Shown: positions 1 to 8,563 of the stretch, piece by piece | How positions within the stretch are numbered: position 1 is the stretch's first letter | How the letters are laid out: the number at the start of each line of letters is the position of its first letter | Source of the DNA: a virus | Lineage: Duplodnaviria > Caudoviricetes | Virus record (IMG/VR): IMGVR_UViG_3300020045_003434 | Location: 1-29,487 of that record | Reading direction: 5' to 3' (one strand) | DNA: 29,487 nt | The notes under the pieces: generated by a model | Databases searched by the model: none | What the model saw: only the letters and a program-made list of their open reading frames with translations | What the model was told of the DNA's origin: nothing | Made by a program: the position numbers and the translations under genes

Positions 1-121
1 ATACACTTATGAAGGAAGAAATAAAGAATGGTATGATATTATTAATAGTGAGCCATATTATGTTCAGATATTTAAAGAAAATATAGATAGAGAAGAAGCT
101 TTAATCTTAGAAATAAAATTA
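1..121. repeat. Terminal direct repeat copy 1 (identical to 29367-29487); circularisation overlap
   Basis: The first 121 nt (ATACACTTATGAAGG...GAAATAAAATTA) match the last 121 nt exactly, and an ORF reads through the junction. Confidence 0.95.
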
Positions 122-337
122 ATTGAATCTTATGGTTCTCAAATAGTAAATATAAAAGATAATCCATTTAAACAAAGATATATACATCAAGTAGATAAAG
201 ATAATAAGATAGTAGATAAATTTACAACATATTTATCCATTACTGAAAAATTCGGAATTAACCATAGTACCCTTAAAACAGCAATAAGAAAAGGTAAATT
301 ACTAAATAATTATTATTGGGTAGAGTGTATTAAATAA
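2..337 (+). CDS. 3' part of GIY-YIG homing-type endonuclease with a C-terminal NUMOD1-like HTH (starts at 29287, spans the junction; 138 aa in total)
   Basis: Joined translation MAVVYIHRKVKDNSIFYIGFG...SRA...EEALILEIKLIESYG...IVN...IHQVDKDNKIVDKF...GINHSTLKTAIRKGK...YYW*. It shows the VY...FYIG, R, E and N pattern of GIY-YIG nucleases. Stop TAA at 335-337. Confidence 0.8.
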   Translation, partial: YTYEGRNKEWYDIINSEPYYVQIFKENIDREEALILEIKLIESYGSQIVNIKDNPFKQRYIHQVDKDNKIVDKFTTYLSITEKFGINHSTLKTAIRKGKLLNNYYWVECIK

Positions 338-340
338 AAT

Positions 341-370
341 AAAAGAGCCCCGAAAAACGGGGCTTTATTT
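341..370. terminator. Bidirectional intrinsic terminator between convergent genes
   Basis: AGCCCCG (346-352) AAAAA CGGGGCT (358-364), flanked by A-rich and T-rich tails. Confidence 0.8.
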
Positions 371-445
371 ATGATACTATTCGACTATTTTCTTACGTCT
401 TCCTTTCTTATTCTTAATCGGAATAGTATCTACTTCATCCAATAA

Positions 446-1243
446 TCATCCTTGATTAGCAGTTTGTGCGGTACCCGCTAGGTTTCCTTGTCCAAACTGA
501 ACCGTTTTGTTACTGAATTTTTGATTCTGTTCTACAGAATTCAATAGTTGTTTCAAACTAGAAATTTCTTGATTTTGGATTGCGAAATTATGAGCGTATC
601 TATCTGAGTGACGGTGAGCTCTTGTTTCATCTAACTCATCTTTCAATGCATCGTATTTATTTTGAGCAAGAGTGTCAAGTATTTTAGCAGTATTTTTCAA
701 TGCTTGCTCTTTAACTTCACAGAATTCTTTTGCTGTATCTTTTTCAAACCATCTCAATTGGTTTTTCAAATCAACAAAATCTCTATTAACGATATCTACT
801 CCACGTTCATGTTTATCACCAATTTCTTTTAATAAAATTGCTCTATTCTCATGTACTCTGTTTTGTAAGTCTCTCTCAACAGCTCCTAATGCTACTAAAT
901 TTCTTTGAGCGATATCTGATTGGTTTTTGAAGTTATCCTGAGCGTAAGTACCCATTCTATCTACAATTTTAGCTTCTGCGTCTCCAAGGTCTTTTATTAT
1001 AGCACATTCAGCATCTCCTACCTCTTTAATTATAGCACATTCAGCATCTCCAATAGCTTTAGACAAACCTAAACCTACAGTACCAACACTTTGTAAGATT
1101 TTACCTTCGGCATCTCCAATACTTCTTTCTATATCACTAAACCCTTCTAATTGCAATGATACACTACCACCAATTCCATGTCCACCATGTCCATAATCAC
1201 ATCCATGTCTGCGGTATTCGTAACCACATTCTTCTACTGCCAT
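446..1243 (-). CDS. Hypothetical coiled-coil protein with 11-aa (GDAExxI) repeats and a His/Gly/Cys-rich N-terminus
   Basis: 265-aa ORF with repeats IGDAEGKILQS / IGDAECAIIKE / VGDAECAIIKD / LGDAEAKIVDR. The 33-nt period is also visible in the DNA (~997-1051). AT-rich leader. Confidence 0.8.
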   Translation of the reverse strand: MAVEECGYEYRRHGCDYGHGGHGIGGSVSLQLEGFSDIERSIGDAEGKILQSVGTVGLGLSKAIGDAECAIIKEVGDAECAIIKDLGDAEAKIVDRMGTYAQDNFKNQSDIAQRNLVALGAVERDLQNRVHENRAILLKEIGDKHERGVDIVNRDFVDLKNQLRWFEKDTAKEFCEVKEQALKNTAKILDTLAQNKYDALKDELDETRAHRHSDRYAHNFAIQNQEISSLKQLLNSVEQNQKFSNKTVQFGQGNLAGTAQTANQG

Positions 1244-1346
1244 ATTATTTATTTTTAAATTATTAATTGGAAGTAAATATTATTTATTTTTAAAAAGGGC
1301 ATTTTATAATCTGATATAAAATTGTATGTTTATATAAAATATTCTA

Positions 1347-1377
1347 TTTGGAAATTTCCAAAATTAAAAGATATTTA
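1347..1377 (+). promoter_or_regulatory. Host-type (Bacteroidota -33/-7-like) promoter
   Basis: TTTG-N19-GATATTTA upstream of 1415; resembles the TTTG-N19-21-TAnnTTTG consensus. Confidence 0.5.
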
Positions 1378-1414
1378 TAATAATTAGATTATAATATTAA
1401 CTTAAAAGATAAAA

Positions 1415-1621
1415 ATGGCGCAGTTTACCGAAAAACTTACAGAGAAAATTAATGCGATTACAGTAACTAAGAGTACTAAAGACAAAATTAGAAAAATTGC
1501 TGATATAGAACAAATTCATATTCAGCAAGTTTGTAGAAGATTACTAAATTCAGCATCTACTGAATATCTAGTAAACATTACATCGAATAATAGCGTAAAT
1601 CAGCGAAATAAGGCGATTTAA
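1415..1621 (+). CDS. Small DNA-binding protein, ribbon-helix-helix (Arc/CopG-like)
   Basis: 68 aa with a beta-alpha-alpha pattern: ITVTKSTKDKIRKIADIEQIHIQQVCRRLL. Divergent from ORF 1243. Confidence 0.55.
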   Translation: MAQFTEKLTEKINAITVTKSTKDKIRKIADIEQIHIQQVCRRLLNSASTEYLVNITSNNSVNQRNKAI

Positions 1622-1623
1622 CG
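1586..1623 (-). repeat. Dispersed periodic repeat copy (overlaps the 3' end of ORF 1415)
   Basis: AATAATAGCGTAAATCAGCGAAATAAGGCGATTTAACG. The reverse complement matches 2669-2694 exactly over 26 nt and 27442-27481 closely. Confidence 0.9.
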
Positions 1624-1707
1624 TATTAACTTGGTATTCTAATATATTATATCGACTTTATATTTTAATTTAAAATTTAATTGGAATCTAATTTTCAAAA
1701 ACTTATG

Positions 1708-1746
1708 TAAGGGAATAAAATTTTCTAATATTTATTCGTATATTTA
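1708..1746 (+). promoter_or_regulatory. TAAGGGAAT-N18-TTCGTATATTTA promoter/operator, copy 1
   Basis: The same two boxes at the same spacing recur at 2430-2468; both copies precede small membrane-protein ORFs. Confidence 0.65.
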
Positions 1747-1766
1747 ATAAATAATTAAACAAACAT

Positions 1767-1982
1767 ATGAAAAAATTAATATTAGGAATATCATTAATAA
1801 TGATGTTAGGATTTACTAGTTGTGAACCAGAACCAATTTGTGGAAGAGTATCAAATCATAATTTCCAAAATTTTGGAGACCATACTGATTATTATTTATA
1901 TATTAATGGAGAAGTAAGTAGAAAAGTAGACTTCGAAACTTATAATAAATATAAAGATGATGATTATTATTGTTTCGAATAA
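1767..1982 (+). CDS. Small lipoprotein (possible superinfection-exclusion factor)
   Basis: MKKLILGISLIMMLGFTS-C is a type II signal peptide with a lipobox Cys. The function is inference. Confidence 0.75.
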   Translation: MKKLILGISLIMMLGFTSCEPEPICGRVSNHNFQNFGDHTDYYLYINGEVSRKVDFETYNKYKDDDYYCFE

Positions 1983-1993
1983 ATAAGAAGTAA

Positions 1994-2025
1994 TTTGGCT
2001 ACCTGGTCTGAATTATTTAAATTTA
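1994..2025 (+). promoter_or_regulatory. Host-type promoter
   Basis: TTTG-N20-TAAATTTA upstream of 2050. Confidence 0.45.
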
Positions 2026-2049
2026 TAGAATAATTTAAAATTAATAGTT

Positions 2050-2232
2050 ATGAAACGTATTTCGATTACAGAATTAAGAAAACCGGGTAGACCTAAAGGA
2101 ACTTTTAAAGTTCGTAAAACATTCACAAATGAAGAAATTGATGAAATGTTGATTAGGATGGATGAAAAAATTAAAGAAATTCAAGATATCCAAAAGAATA
2201 TAAGTATTGCATTAAAGTGTATGAGAATTTAA
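2050..2232 (+). CDS. Small basic protein with an AT-hook-like motif and a C-terminal coiled coil
   Basis: RKPGRPKG motif followed by a heptad-like EIDEMLIRMDEKIKEIQDIQKNI segment. Confidence 0.65.
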   Translation: MKRISITELRKPGRPKGTFKVRKTFTNEEIDEMLIRMDEKIKEIQDIQKNISIALKCMRI

Positions 2233-2233
2233 A

Positions 2234-2268
2234 TTCTCTGCATTTTTGAAAAATTTTACAATATTTAT
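2234..2268 (+). promoter_or_regulatory. TTCTC-N23-TATTTAT motif upstream of the tRNA
   Basis: TTCTC at 2234-2238 and TATTTAT at 2262-2268; same spacing as four minus-strand copies. Confidence 0.75.
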
Positions 2269-2279
2269 ATATGTAATAA

Positions 2280-2353
2280 GTTAAGATGCCTGAGTGGTTT
2301 AAGGGGCTCTATTGCAAGTAGAGAATTCATCGGTTCAAATCCGTTTCTTAACT
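2280..2353 (+). tRNA. tRNA-Cys (anticodon GCA)
   Basis: Acceptor stem GTTAAGA/TCTTAAC; D-loop AGTGG; anticodon stem CTCTA/TAGAG with loop TT-GCA-AG; T-arm ATCGG-TTCAAAT-CCGTT; discriminator U73, a Cys identity element. Followed by CTA, not CCA. Confidence 0.9.
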
Positions 2354-2394
2354 CTATAGTACCTGACAGTGCTTTTTGTTTGTTTTGTTTAAAG

Positions 2395-2421
2395 AGGTCT
2401 AATGAAAATTAGGCCTTTTTT
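2395..2421 (+). terminator. Intrinsic terminator after the tRNA
   Basis: AGGTCTAAT-GAAA-ATTAGGCCT followed by a T run. Confidence 0.8.
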
Positions 2422-2429
2422 GTACTAAT

Positions 2430-2468
2430 TAAGGGAATTCATATTTGGATAACCCTTTCGTATATTTA
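2430..2468 (+). promoter_or_regulatory. TAAGGGAAT-N18-TTCGTATATTTA promoter/operator, copy 2
   Basis: Boxes and spacing identical to 1708-1746. Confidence 0.65.
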
Positions 2469-2495
2469 TAGAATATTAATTTTAAACAATCTAAA

Positions 2496-2594
2496 ATGGA
2501 AGTATTATTTTTAATTGCTTTAATCATTGGAATTCCCACTCTAATAGTATTAGGTGTGCGTTTATATGATTTTATCAAGAGATTCATTAATTAA
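2496..2594 (+). CDS. Small single-TM peptide (32 aa), not in the ORF track
   Basis: MEVLFLIALIIGIPTLIVLGVRLYDFIKRFIN*, with its own promoter motif and an A-rich leader. Confidence 0.65.
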   Translation: MEVLFLIALIIGIPTLIVLGVRLYDFIKRFIN

Positions 2595-2667
2595 TTTAGA
2601 TAAAGAAAACGCATATTACATGCGAGTTCTTATTTATCGTATATTATTATGAATTTCCATTAGTTGT

Positions 2668-2694
2668 GCGTTAAATCGCCTTATTTCGCTGATT
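2668..2694 (+). repeat. Dispersed periodic repeat copy
   Basis: GCGTTAAATCGCCTTATTTCGCTGATT. Confidence 0.9.
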
Positions 2695-2708
2695 ACCACC
2701 AAATCTAC

Positions 2709-3140
2709 CTATAATTTAGTTATGTCACCTAAATCTTCTTTTAAAGATTTACATTTATTTATAAGTTCTTTAATAATAACCCAAAGTGAACGATAACCAA
2801 GTTTAACTGATGTTTCATCCATACTTTTTACTTCAATATAACACCAAAGTAATGTAAGAGCTTTAGTTAATAATAATTTAATACCTAGTAATTGACCTTC
2901 AATTATATATTTATCTATTAAAAAAGCTAAAACAATTGATGCCATATAAAAGAACGATTTAATAACTATATTGAATAGTTTATTACTCCTATAAGCACGT
3001 ATGCCTTCTACTTTAATAGTTGCATATATAGCGAACGAAGTATCAGCTAAAACGAACAAACTGGTTATTACTATAAATGCTTTAATTGGCGCTAATATAG
3101 TTATTATACTGAGTATAAAGGTCATTAATAAACTCTTCAT
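2709..3140 (-). CDS. Holin (multi-TM phage holin); start probably MKSLLM at 3140 rather than 3197
   Basis: Several hydrophobic segments with the motifs VLADT and IEVKSMDE, typical of phage holin-4-like proteins. Last gene of the late operon. The longer start overlaps the late motif at 3188-3196. Confidence 0.75.
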   Translation of the reverse strand: MKSLLMTFILSIITILAPIKAFIVITSLFVLADTSFAIYATIKVEGIRAYRSNKLFNIVIKSFFYMASIVLAFLIDKYIIEGQLLGIKLLLTKALTLLWCYIEVKSMDETSVKLGYRSLWVIIKELINKCKSLKEDLGDITKL

Positions 3141-3207
3141 ATTATTTAAATTGAATTTATCTTGAATATAGATATGTTTTCCTAAACTAAAAACCATCTT
3201 AATTAAA

Positions 3208-5775
3208 TTAGTTAATAATAAATATTTTTTTCATTTGAGATTTCAGATATTCTATTTGTTCTTGTTGTTCTTGGATAGCCTTAGTTAATACAGCTATTAA
3301 TGAAGTATAATTAACACTTAAAATATCATCTTCATTTTTAGGGGTTTTTACAACTTCTTCATTAGGAAATATTTCTTTTAATTCCTGAGCTATAAATCCA
3401 AATTCACTATTTTGAACTTCACCTCCTATTTCCCAAGCTTTATTATAAGATACTGGACGCAATCTCAATACCTTATCTAATGAATCATATAGGGAATTAA
3501 TATTAGATTTTAGTCTTCTATCAGATGGAGTAATTGTTCCACTTGCTAGTATATTACCTACAACATGAAGTTTTTCAGATGGAGTATTAATACCTATTCC
3601 AACTAATCCACCATCAATTATTGTCATTACTCTCTGCCAAGTAATAGGATTACCTGCTGTTCCTGATGGTGCTATATTAAATGAAATACCATTTGCACCA
3701 CCTCCCATATTAGCAGGGTCAATAGCTATTTGTGCTGCATATCCAGTTGTTTTATAAGTTGGAGAATACCACTCTCCATCAATATTAGATGAAAATACAA
3801 ATTGAGGTACTGCTGTTCTTGCTTGTATGTTTGAACCATTAACAAAACCTAAAGATGTATTAGCAGAAGTAGTGCCTGGACTATTTGTTCCAATACCTAC
3901 ATTTGAACCATCATCATAAATAATACTATTTGTTTGGGTATTTGTTCCATTCCATTTCGAAATATAATTATTTACCCCACTACCTGATATTATATTTACA
4001 AGTGTTGAAACACTACCATCAGCTTTAAGATATTCTGTAGCAAGTCCACCTGATTTAATAAATAAACTACCTGAAATATCTCCATTACCATTTATACTAG
4101 CCTTAGTAGTTCCAGCTATATTCCTCCACTCTTGTATAGTTTCAGTATCTAATGCTCTACCGTTTTGGTAAACAATAGCTCCTAACGCAACAGTAGTTAT
4201 TATCTGTGGTTGTAGACTATTACCATATCCTGTTTGCATAGTACCTACAGTTGTTCCTGCAGTAGCTCCAATAATTTGACCAAATATATCAGCTTTAAAA
4301 AATTCTGCTTGACTAAGGTCATTTAATTGTGTAGCATTTCTTTTAACAGCTAAAACTCCTATTAATATAGAGTTTTTAATTAAGTTAGGATAAATTACTA
4401 AAGGTTCTTTACCAACTGCTGATATTGCTGCTGATAAAGTAGGATAAACAGTTTGTCCATATTGAACGACATATCCGGCTCCCGGTACAAGATAAAAATA
4501 TTGAATAGTTGAATTATTTACACTACCTCCTATTGAAGTAGGTGTACCCGCTACATCATACATTGTAGGGTCTATTGCTGTTACAGCAGCACCTCCAGCT
4601 CCTGTTTGTGTTCTATATATAAATGAACCTGATACAGATGGATTAACGGTTAAATCATGAGGATTAGTATTATCTATAACAAAGTTAAGACCATTACCTC
4701 CTATAGAACCTCCAGTAATATTAATATTTAAGTTTGCACCATTTGCATATGGATAAACTCCTTCATTAATATATGAGAATTTTTGATATAAACTTCTAAC
4801 TAAACTTAAAGGGCTTAATATTAAATCTGGTTCATTTACTACTAATGTAATAGTTCCAGCAGGATGTGAAACCTTACCTAAAAATATTTTAGTTTTCCTT
4901 TCAGATGATGTCGGGAAAGTGTTTTGAAATGAAATACCTCCCACACCTAGCATAACAAAGGATTCTTGACCAGAACCTAATGTGGTAACAGTAATATTTG
5001 TAACTCCTCCATAGTTAATAAAAGTATAAGTAGGTGTAAGAGCATTAGTCTCATTATCTGCAACTACCCCAGTAGTAGCCCCTATATTAATAGTTGTACC
5101 TGTATTAGTAGTAAGTCCCGCAAAAGTTAATATACCTGTATCAGCTAATGCTGTTCTCCACTCTCTATCTGATGATAAGTCCTGAGATACACCATTTATA
5201 TTTAAACTTCTCGAAGCTGGAGTGGCATCAGTTATGTTATAACCAGCTAATGTTGTTGGAGTACTTGTTACTCCTGTCCATGGAACAGAAGCTGCAGTCC
5301 CAGCTCTATATACTTCATAACCATTATTATTTGATAAATTAGTATCATCTTTAATAAGATACATAATTTGAGTATCATTTTGTTTTACTGTATCCCCATT
5401 TTGAACTATAGTTGTTGTTAAAGCAAACCTAGCAGCTTGGTCAGTAACAATAACAAGTCTTTCAATTACTTCTGGAGGTATTTGATTTGTAGGGATTAAT
5501 CCGGCAGAATCTAATCCTGCATATCCATTTGGTATACCTTTATTTATTTTATCCTCTTTTAATGATAATGATGCGCTGAATTCTGTAGGTTGAATTGAAG
5601 ATGAAACTAACGCTTTATCAATATTAGTATAATCATTAGTTGATAAATCTTTACCTACTATTTTATCTACTTTACCACTATCTAATTCAGAAAAATTTAG
5701 ATTTACTTTAATAAAAGCATTTCTAACTTTATCACCTAAACCATCATTAGGAAATGATACATTTATTACTTCCAT
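3208..5775 (-). CDS. Tail fibre with a C-terminal intramolecular chaperone (peptidase S74) domain
   Basis: C-terminal SDRRLKSNI...LRPVSY...GFIAQEL...LSVNYTSLIAVLTKAIQEQQEQI; NVGIGT/LVGIGI repeats; N-terminal GDKVRNAFIKVNLNFSEL anchor motif. Confidence 0.88.
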   Translation of the reverse strand: MEVINVSFPNDGLGDKVRNAFIKVNLNFSELDSGKVDKIVGKDLSTNDYTNIDKALVSSSIQPTEFSASLSLKEDKINKGIPNGYAGLDSAGLIPTNQIPPEVIERLVIVTDQAARFALTTTIVQNGDTVKQNDTQIMYLIKDDTNLSNNNGYEVYRAGTAASVPWTGVTSTPTTLAGYNITDATPASRSLNINGVSQDLSSDREWRTALADTGILTFAGLTTNTGTTINIGATTGVVADNETNALTPTYTFINYGGVTNITVTTLGSGQESFVMLGVGGISFQNTFPTSSERKTKIFLGKVSHPAGTITLVVNEPDLILSPLSLVRSLYQKFSYINEGVYPYANGANLNINITGGSIGGNGLNFVIDNTNPHDLTVNPSVSGSFIYRTQTGAGGAAVTAIDPTMYDVAGTPTSIGGSVNNSTIQYFYLVPGAGYVVQYGQTVYPTLSAAISAVGKEPLVIYPNLIKNSILIGVLAVKRNATQLNDLSQAEFFKADIFGQIIGATAGTTVGTMQTGYGNSLQPQIITTVALGAIVYQNGRALDTETIQEWRNIAGTTKASINGNGDISGSLFIKSGGLATEYLKADGSVSTLVNIISGSGVNNYISKWNGTNTQTNSIIYDDGSNVGIGTNSPGTTSANTSLGFVNGSNIQARTAVPQFVFSSNIDGEWYSPTYKTTGYAAQIAIDPANMGGGANGISFNIAPSGTAGNPITWQRVMTIIDGGLVGIGINTPSEKLHVVGNILASGTITPSDRRLKSNINSLYDSLDKVLRLRPVSYNKAWEIGGEVQNSEFGFIAQELKEIFPNEEVVKTPKNEDDILSVNYTSLIAVLTKAIQEQQEQIEYLKSQMKKIFIIN

Positions 5776-5810
5776 ATATTATTTTATTTAAAAACCACCC
5801 AAATTAATAA

Positions 5811-5853
5811 ATTCAGTATGGAAATATTATATCTCAAATAATCCATACTGAAT
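5811..5853. terminator. Intergenic hairpin (terminator or processing site)
   Basis: 12-bp perfect inverted repeat ATTCAGTATGGA (5811-5822) / TCCATACTGAAT (5842-5853). Confidence 0.55.
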
Positions 5854-5863
5854 ATTTATATTT

Positions 5864-8563
5864 TTACAATATTGAACGGTATCTTGAATAATAAGAATCA
5901 GCAGCCTGTAAATAACCTGATGTATCAGGATGAACACTATCAGTGTATTTATAGATTTGAGTTGAACTTCTAAGTGATGCACTTTGTAATGTTCTTGGAT
6001 AACCATATTCTCTATCTACGAATAACATATTTGGAGAAATATAAACATTTGGATAACTTATATTATTTTCAAAATTTTCTTTAATTAATTTAGCATATTC
6101 AATCATATTAACAACGAATGTATCATAATCAAATCCTGCTAAGAAATGTTCACCCCAACCCGTTCTATCACCACACACATAAGGTGTTTGAGATATAATA
6201 ATACTAGCTGATGGATAACCATAAGTTGGGTGTAATAAATCATCTACTAATATTTTTAATTTATTATAACCAGCAATTGGAGCTAAACCACTTTTCAAAT
6301 CATTTATACCTAATTGAATAAAGTAACAATCTATATTATTTGAACCACTGAAAAATGAATTAGTAGACATATAATTTTGAATATTTACTTTAGTACCATC
6401 CCAAAATGGATTTGGATAAGAAATATCATTGCTAATAAAGTTTTCAATTGCATAACCACTATGTGCTTCGTGTTTAACTATTGCATCACCTTGTAATCCA
6501 AGGAATAGTGGAGTAAAACCACCATCAGTTGTTACCAATGTTTTAAATTCTTTCAACATTTCATATTTTTGACGACCTGTACCTAAATAATCAGTAAGAT
6601 AACTATCAGTTGTACTATCACCAATAAATAATAATTGTTTGGTTCCTGAACCTGCTGTTTTACTTACACCATGTAGAGTTATAGTTTTACTTTCAATCTC
6701 AGTATCATTTAAATCTTTAACACTAATAACCATTGAGCTACTTTCTACAGTTGTGGGTTTATATATAAAACTTCTTTCTGAACTTTTACCTGTAGAACAA
6801 GCAACTGAAGCTCTTACTTTATTACCATAATTAGGAATAAATGAATTGAAAAATAAATTAAATTCTCTATCAACAGCAACATAAATATCATCAGGAATAA
6901 CATCAAGATAGTTTACAGTTGAAGATGTTCCATCACTTAAATTTGGTTCACCTGATAAACATTTAGCATCACCATCCAATAATCCAATTTGTTGATTATC
7001 AGAAGTATCATACCAGCTAGTAATATTTGAGTTATCACCATTTAATTCTAAAGTTAAAGATGAATCTTTTATTGAAATAAAACCATTTGGACGACCAAAA
7101 TTATAAGAAGTTCTAGCTTCATCAGCTGATATTTCTCTTGAATAAACTCTAAATGAATATATATTACCAAAGAATCCTGATGTTAAAGTACTAGATGCAC
7201 CAAGATAAATAGGCGCAGTACCAAATGAAAAATCTGTTCCAGCAGAAGCCCCTACCGTATATTGAGATTCTTCCCCATTTATGTATACATTATAAACTCC
7301 TGAATTATATGTAATAGCAACTGTTTTTTCTTCATTAATAAAACTAGTTAAATCTATTGTTAAAATAGTTCCAACAGCTTCAATATTAAAATTTATTTTA
7401 TTATCAAATAAATATATTTGAGGACCACCTGTAGTTGTAGATAATATTATTTGAATACCAGTTGTTGTAAGTGGTTTGAATGTAAATTCTATTGTACCCT
7501 CAGCTACATCAAAATATTCTAAAGATGGTAAATTAATATTACCTGAACCTGAAACCTCAACACCTTTAAATGGTTCAATATAATTTATATTACCTATTGG
7601 TTTATTTGATTTAACTAAAGTCCCTCCAGTTAATTCACCTTTAAGGTTATATATTGAATTGTCATACCAATTAATACTATCTAAGTTTTCGTAATGTAAA
7701 TCTAATAATAAATTATCTGTTTTAACTGATTCATAAAGTGATATTGAACCTGAATTATAATGGGTATCACTTTCTAATGTTGTTAATTGATTATCATAAA
7801 CTCTTAAAAGTTGTAATGAACCTTCAAATGGAATAGTTGCACCTATATTATTACCTAATTTTATAATGCCAGGATTTTTTTCATATAGATTGGATGATAT
7901 TAAATTAAAACTATTTGTTTCATTATTAACTTTTACATCATAATCCCCATTATTAAAACTTATACTAATATAAGTCCACACATCTAACCATAAATCCTCA
8001 ATATCGAAGTCAATTGTATTAAGAAATCCTGATTTAGATAATATCATTTTACCCCCAGATATAAATATACTGACATTTCCTAAATCACTATATAATAACA
8101 TTTGAGTATCTACTTTATTATTAATTAGGACGTTCATTTCAATTGTCCATTCATCATTTGGAAATAAAGTATATGAACCGAAATCTACAGCTCCTCCAAG
8201 AAATGTTAAATATCCTGAGTTTCCTTCTAAAAATGCTTTTGTTGCATAATCACCTAAATCTAATGGTGTTTGTGAAATTGAAAATGCACCTAAACTATCT
8301 CTTGATATTACTGCGAATGAATTTGGTAATACTATAACACCACCATAGTTTGTATATGTACCTGCTTCGGTTGCAGTCCAAAATGCAGGTTCTACACCTA
8401 TTGGAGCTGCTGAACTTGGATTAATTGAACCCATATAAATTAAACCAACTTGAGCATCTATTTGAGTTTGTAATTCAGCAAAATTAGCATTAACCTTATC
8501 GAATGAAATTTTAAGTGTATCCCCTAACCCAGAATTAGTTGGTTGGTTATTAATTATTTCCAT
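5864..8563 (-). CDS. Tail spike/fibre with two LamG/ConA-like domains and a C-terminal SGNH/GDSL hydrolase
   Basis: N-terminal GDTLKISFDKVNANFAEL anchor; two LamG-type ends (FEGSLQLLRVYDNQL, FFGNIYSFRVYSREI); SGNH blocks FIGDST, QLGIND and DSVHP. Confidence 0.8.
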   Translation of the reverse strand: MEIINNQPTNSGLGDTLKISFDKVNANFAELQTQIDAQVGLIYMGSINPSSAAPIGVEPAFWTATEAGTYTNYGGVIVLPNSFAVISRDSLGAFSISQTPLDLGDYATKAFLEGNSGYLTFLGGAVDFGSYTLFPNDEWTIEMNVLINNKVDTQMLLYSDLGNVSIFISGGKMILSKSGFLNTIDFDIEDLWLDVWTYISISFNNGDYDVKVNNETNSFNLISSNLYEKNPGIIKLGNNIGATIPFEGSLQLLRVYDNQLTTLESDTHYNSGSISLYESVKTDNLLLDLHYENLDSINWYDNSIYNLKGELTGGTLVKSNKPIGNINYIEPFKGVEVSGSGNINLPSLEYFDVAEGTIEFTFKPLTTTGIQIILSTTTGGPQIYLFDNKINFNIEAVGTILTIDLTSFINEEKTVAITYNSGVYNVYINGEESQYTVGASAGTDFSFGTAPIYLGASSTLTSGFFGNIYSFRVYSREISADEARTSYNFGRPNGFISIKDSSLTLELNGDNSNITSWYDTSDNQQIGLLDGDAKCLSGEPNLSDGTSSTVNYLDVIPDDIYVAVDREFNLFFNSFIPNYGNKVRASVACSTGKSSERSFIYKPTTVESSSMVISVKDLNDTEIESKTITLHGVSKTAGSGTKQLLFIGDSTTDSYLTDYLGTGRQKYEMLKEFKTLVTTDGGFTPLFLGLQGDAIVKHEAHSGYAIENFISNDISYPNPFWDGTKVNIQNYMSTNSFFSGSNNIDCYFIQLGINDLKSGLAPIAGYNKLKILVDDLLHPTYGYPSASIIISQTPYVCGDRTGWGEHFLAGFDYDTFVVNMIEYAKLIKENFENNISYPNVYISPNMLFVDREYGYPRTLQSASLRSSTQIYKYTDSVHPDTSGYLQAADSYYSRYRSIL

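Noticed and set aside
1-121. 121-bp terminal repeat as the biological DTR of the virion DNA
   Set aside because: It falls mid-gene and its length is typical of an assembler k-mer overlap. It shows circularity or permutation, not physical termini.
377-448. Genome-wide TGA or TAG recoding
   Set aside because: Core genes are intact in the standard code, TGA acts as a coupled stop at 26399-26401, TAG ends the holin, and the tRNA anticodon is GCA rather than a suppressor.
2280-2353. tRNA as attP of a temperate phage
   Set aside because: There is no integrase, and the tRNA is full-length with its own promoter and terminator.
2373-2390. tRNA trailer UUUUGUUUGUUUU complementary to the leader of ORF 26130
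   Set aside because: A 13-nt low-complexity match in a very AT-rich genome is likely chance.
3208-8563. Diversity-generating retroelement or invertase-driven fibre switching
   Set aside because: No reverse transcriptase, TR/VR pair or invertase is visible.
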